Positions 63,571 through 64,000 of a stretch of DNA of 64,000 bases are shown piece after piece. The first letter of the stretch is position 1; each line of letters starts with the position of its first letter. Source of the stretch: Asterias rubens (Eukaryota). The translations under genes were made by a program, and so were the position numbers. Below the pieces are notes generated by a model that was not told the DNA's origin, did no database searches, and saw only the letters and a program-made list of their open reading frames with translations. The stretch spans positions 1,798,001 to 1,862,000 of the forward strand of contig NC_047083.1 in assembly GCF_902459465.1 (NCBI RefSeq), given 5' to 3'.

Positions 63571-64000
63571 TTAATAAGAACTAAATGAATGTATATATTT
63601 ATTTAAGTTGATAGGTGACATCGTCAACATTTTCGAAGACGGGTTATTCGTCACCTTAATTATGATTCACGTTTGATCCAGATCGAAGAGAATCTCTATC
63701 ACGGACGGGGAGTTTTCGCGCCAAACTCTGACGCAAACTTGGGGCTATGATTAGTTCTTAATCATAAGTCAACGAACTTTTGAAATTTTGTGACATTTCA
63801 TATTCTATTTTGAATTTAAAGTATTGCCAAATATGATACACTAATAACACTGTTGTTTTCATGGCCTTAAAGCAATGTTAGGTACGTATTATTTCTCAAA
63901 TAAAAAGAACATTATTTTTGTTCATCAAAATTATTGTTTTTTAATGTTTGAAATTAAACTGGCCAAGGCAAATTAATAGTGCCGAATTTATACTCAATTG

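Overview
Eukaryotic, intron-rich, AT-rich genomic DNA, most likely from a sea star (asteroid echinoderm). That assignment is an inference from the repeat landscape and the Pax6 sequence. There are no prokaryotic features. Two genes face each other tail to tail. (1) On the minus strand is a Pax6 gene with seven coding exons reconstructed from splice sites and reading phase: 58473-58127, 47315-47117, 29834-29715, 22289-22207, 20488-20228, 19318-19132 and 18626-18532. They give about 430 aa: paired domain, linker [12 protein letters not shown]50 homeodomain and a PST tail ending SQYWPRIQ. The first coding exon was not found and probably lies beyond 64000. (2) On the plus strand are the last three exons (1211-3045, 3569-3732, 4244-4982) of a gene encoding about 21 LRRs and an LRRCT, fused to a catalytically dead trypsin-like domain. 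The rest is intron and intergenic DNA with Kolobok-type TTAA MITEs, Harbinger-type MITEs, tRNA-SINE fragments, Penelope-type hammerhead remnants and candidate enhancers or alternative promoters. The strongest leads are: the LRR-pseudoprotease fusion; an array of perfect octamer motifs abutting the paired-box splice acceptor; candidate internal first exons for paired-less Pax6 isoforms; two different Harbinger MITEs inserted at the same site in two Kolobok fragments; and Onecut/Cux-like motif clusters. Most short ORFs in the supplied track are spurious. All coordinates were read by eye, and repeat ends are approximate.
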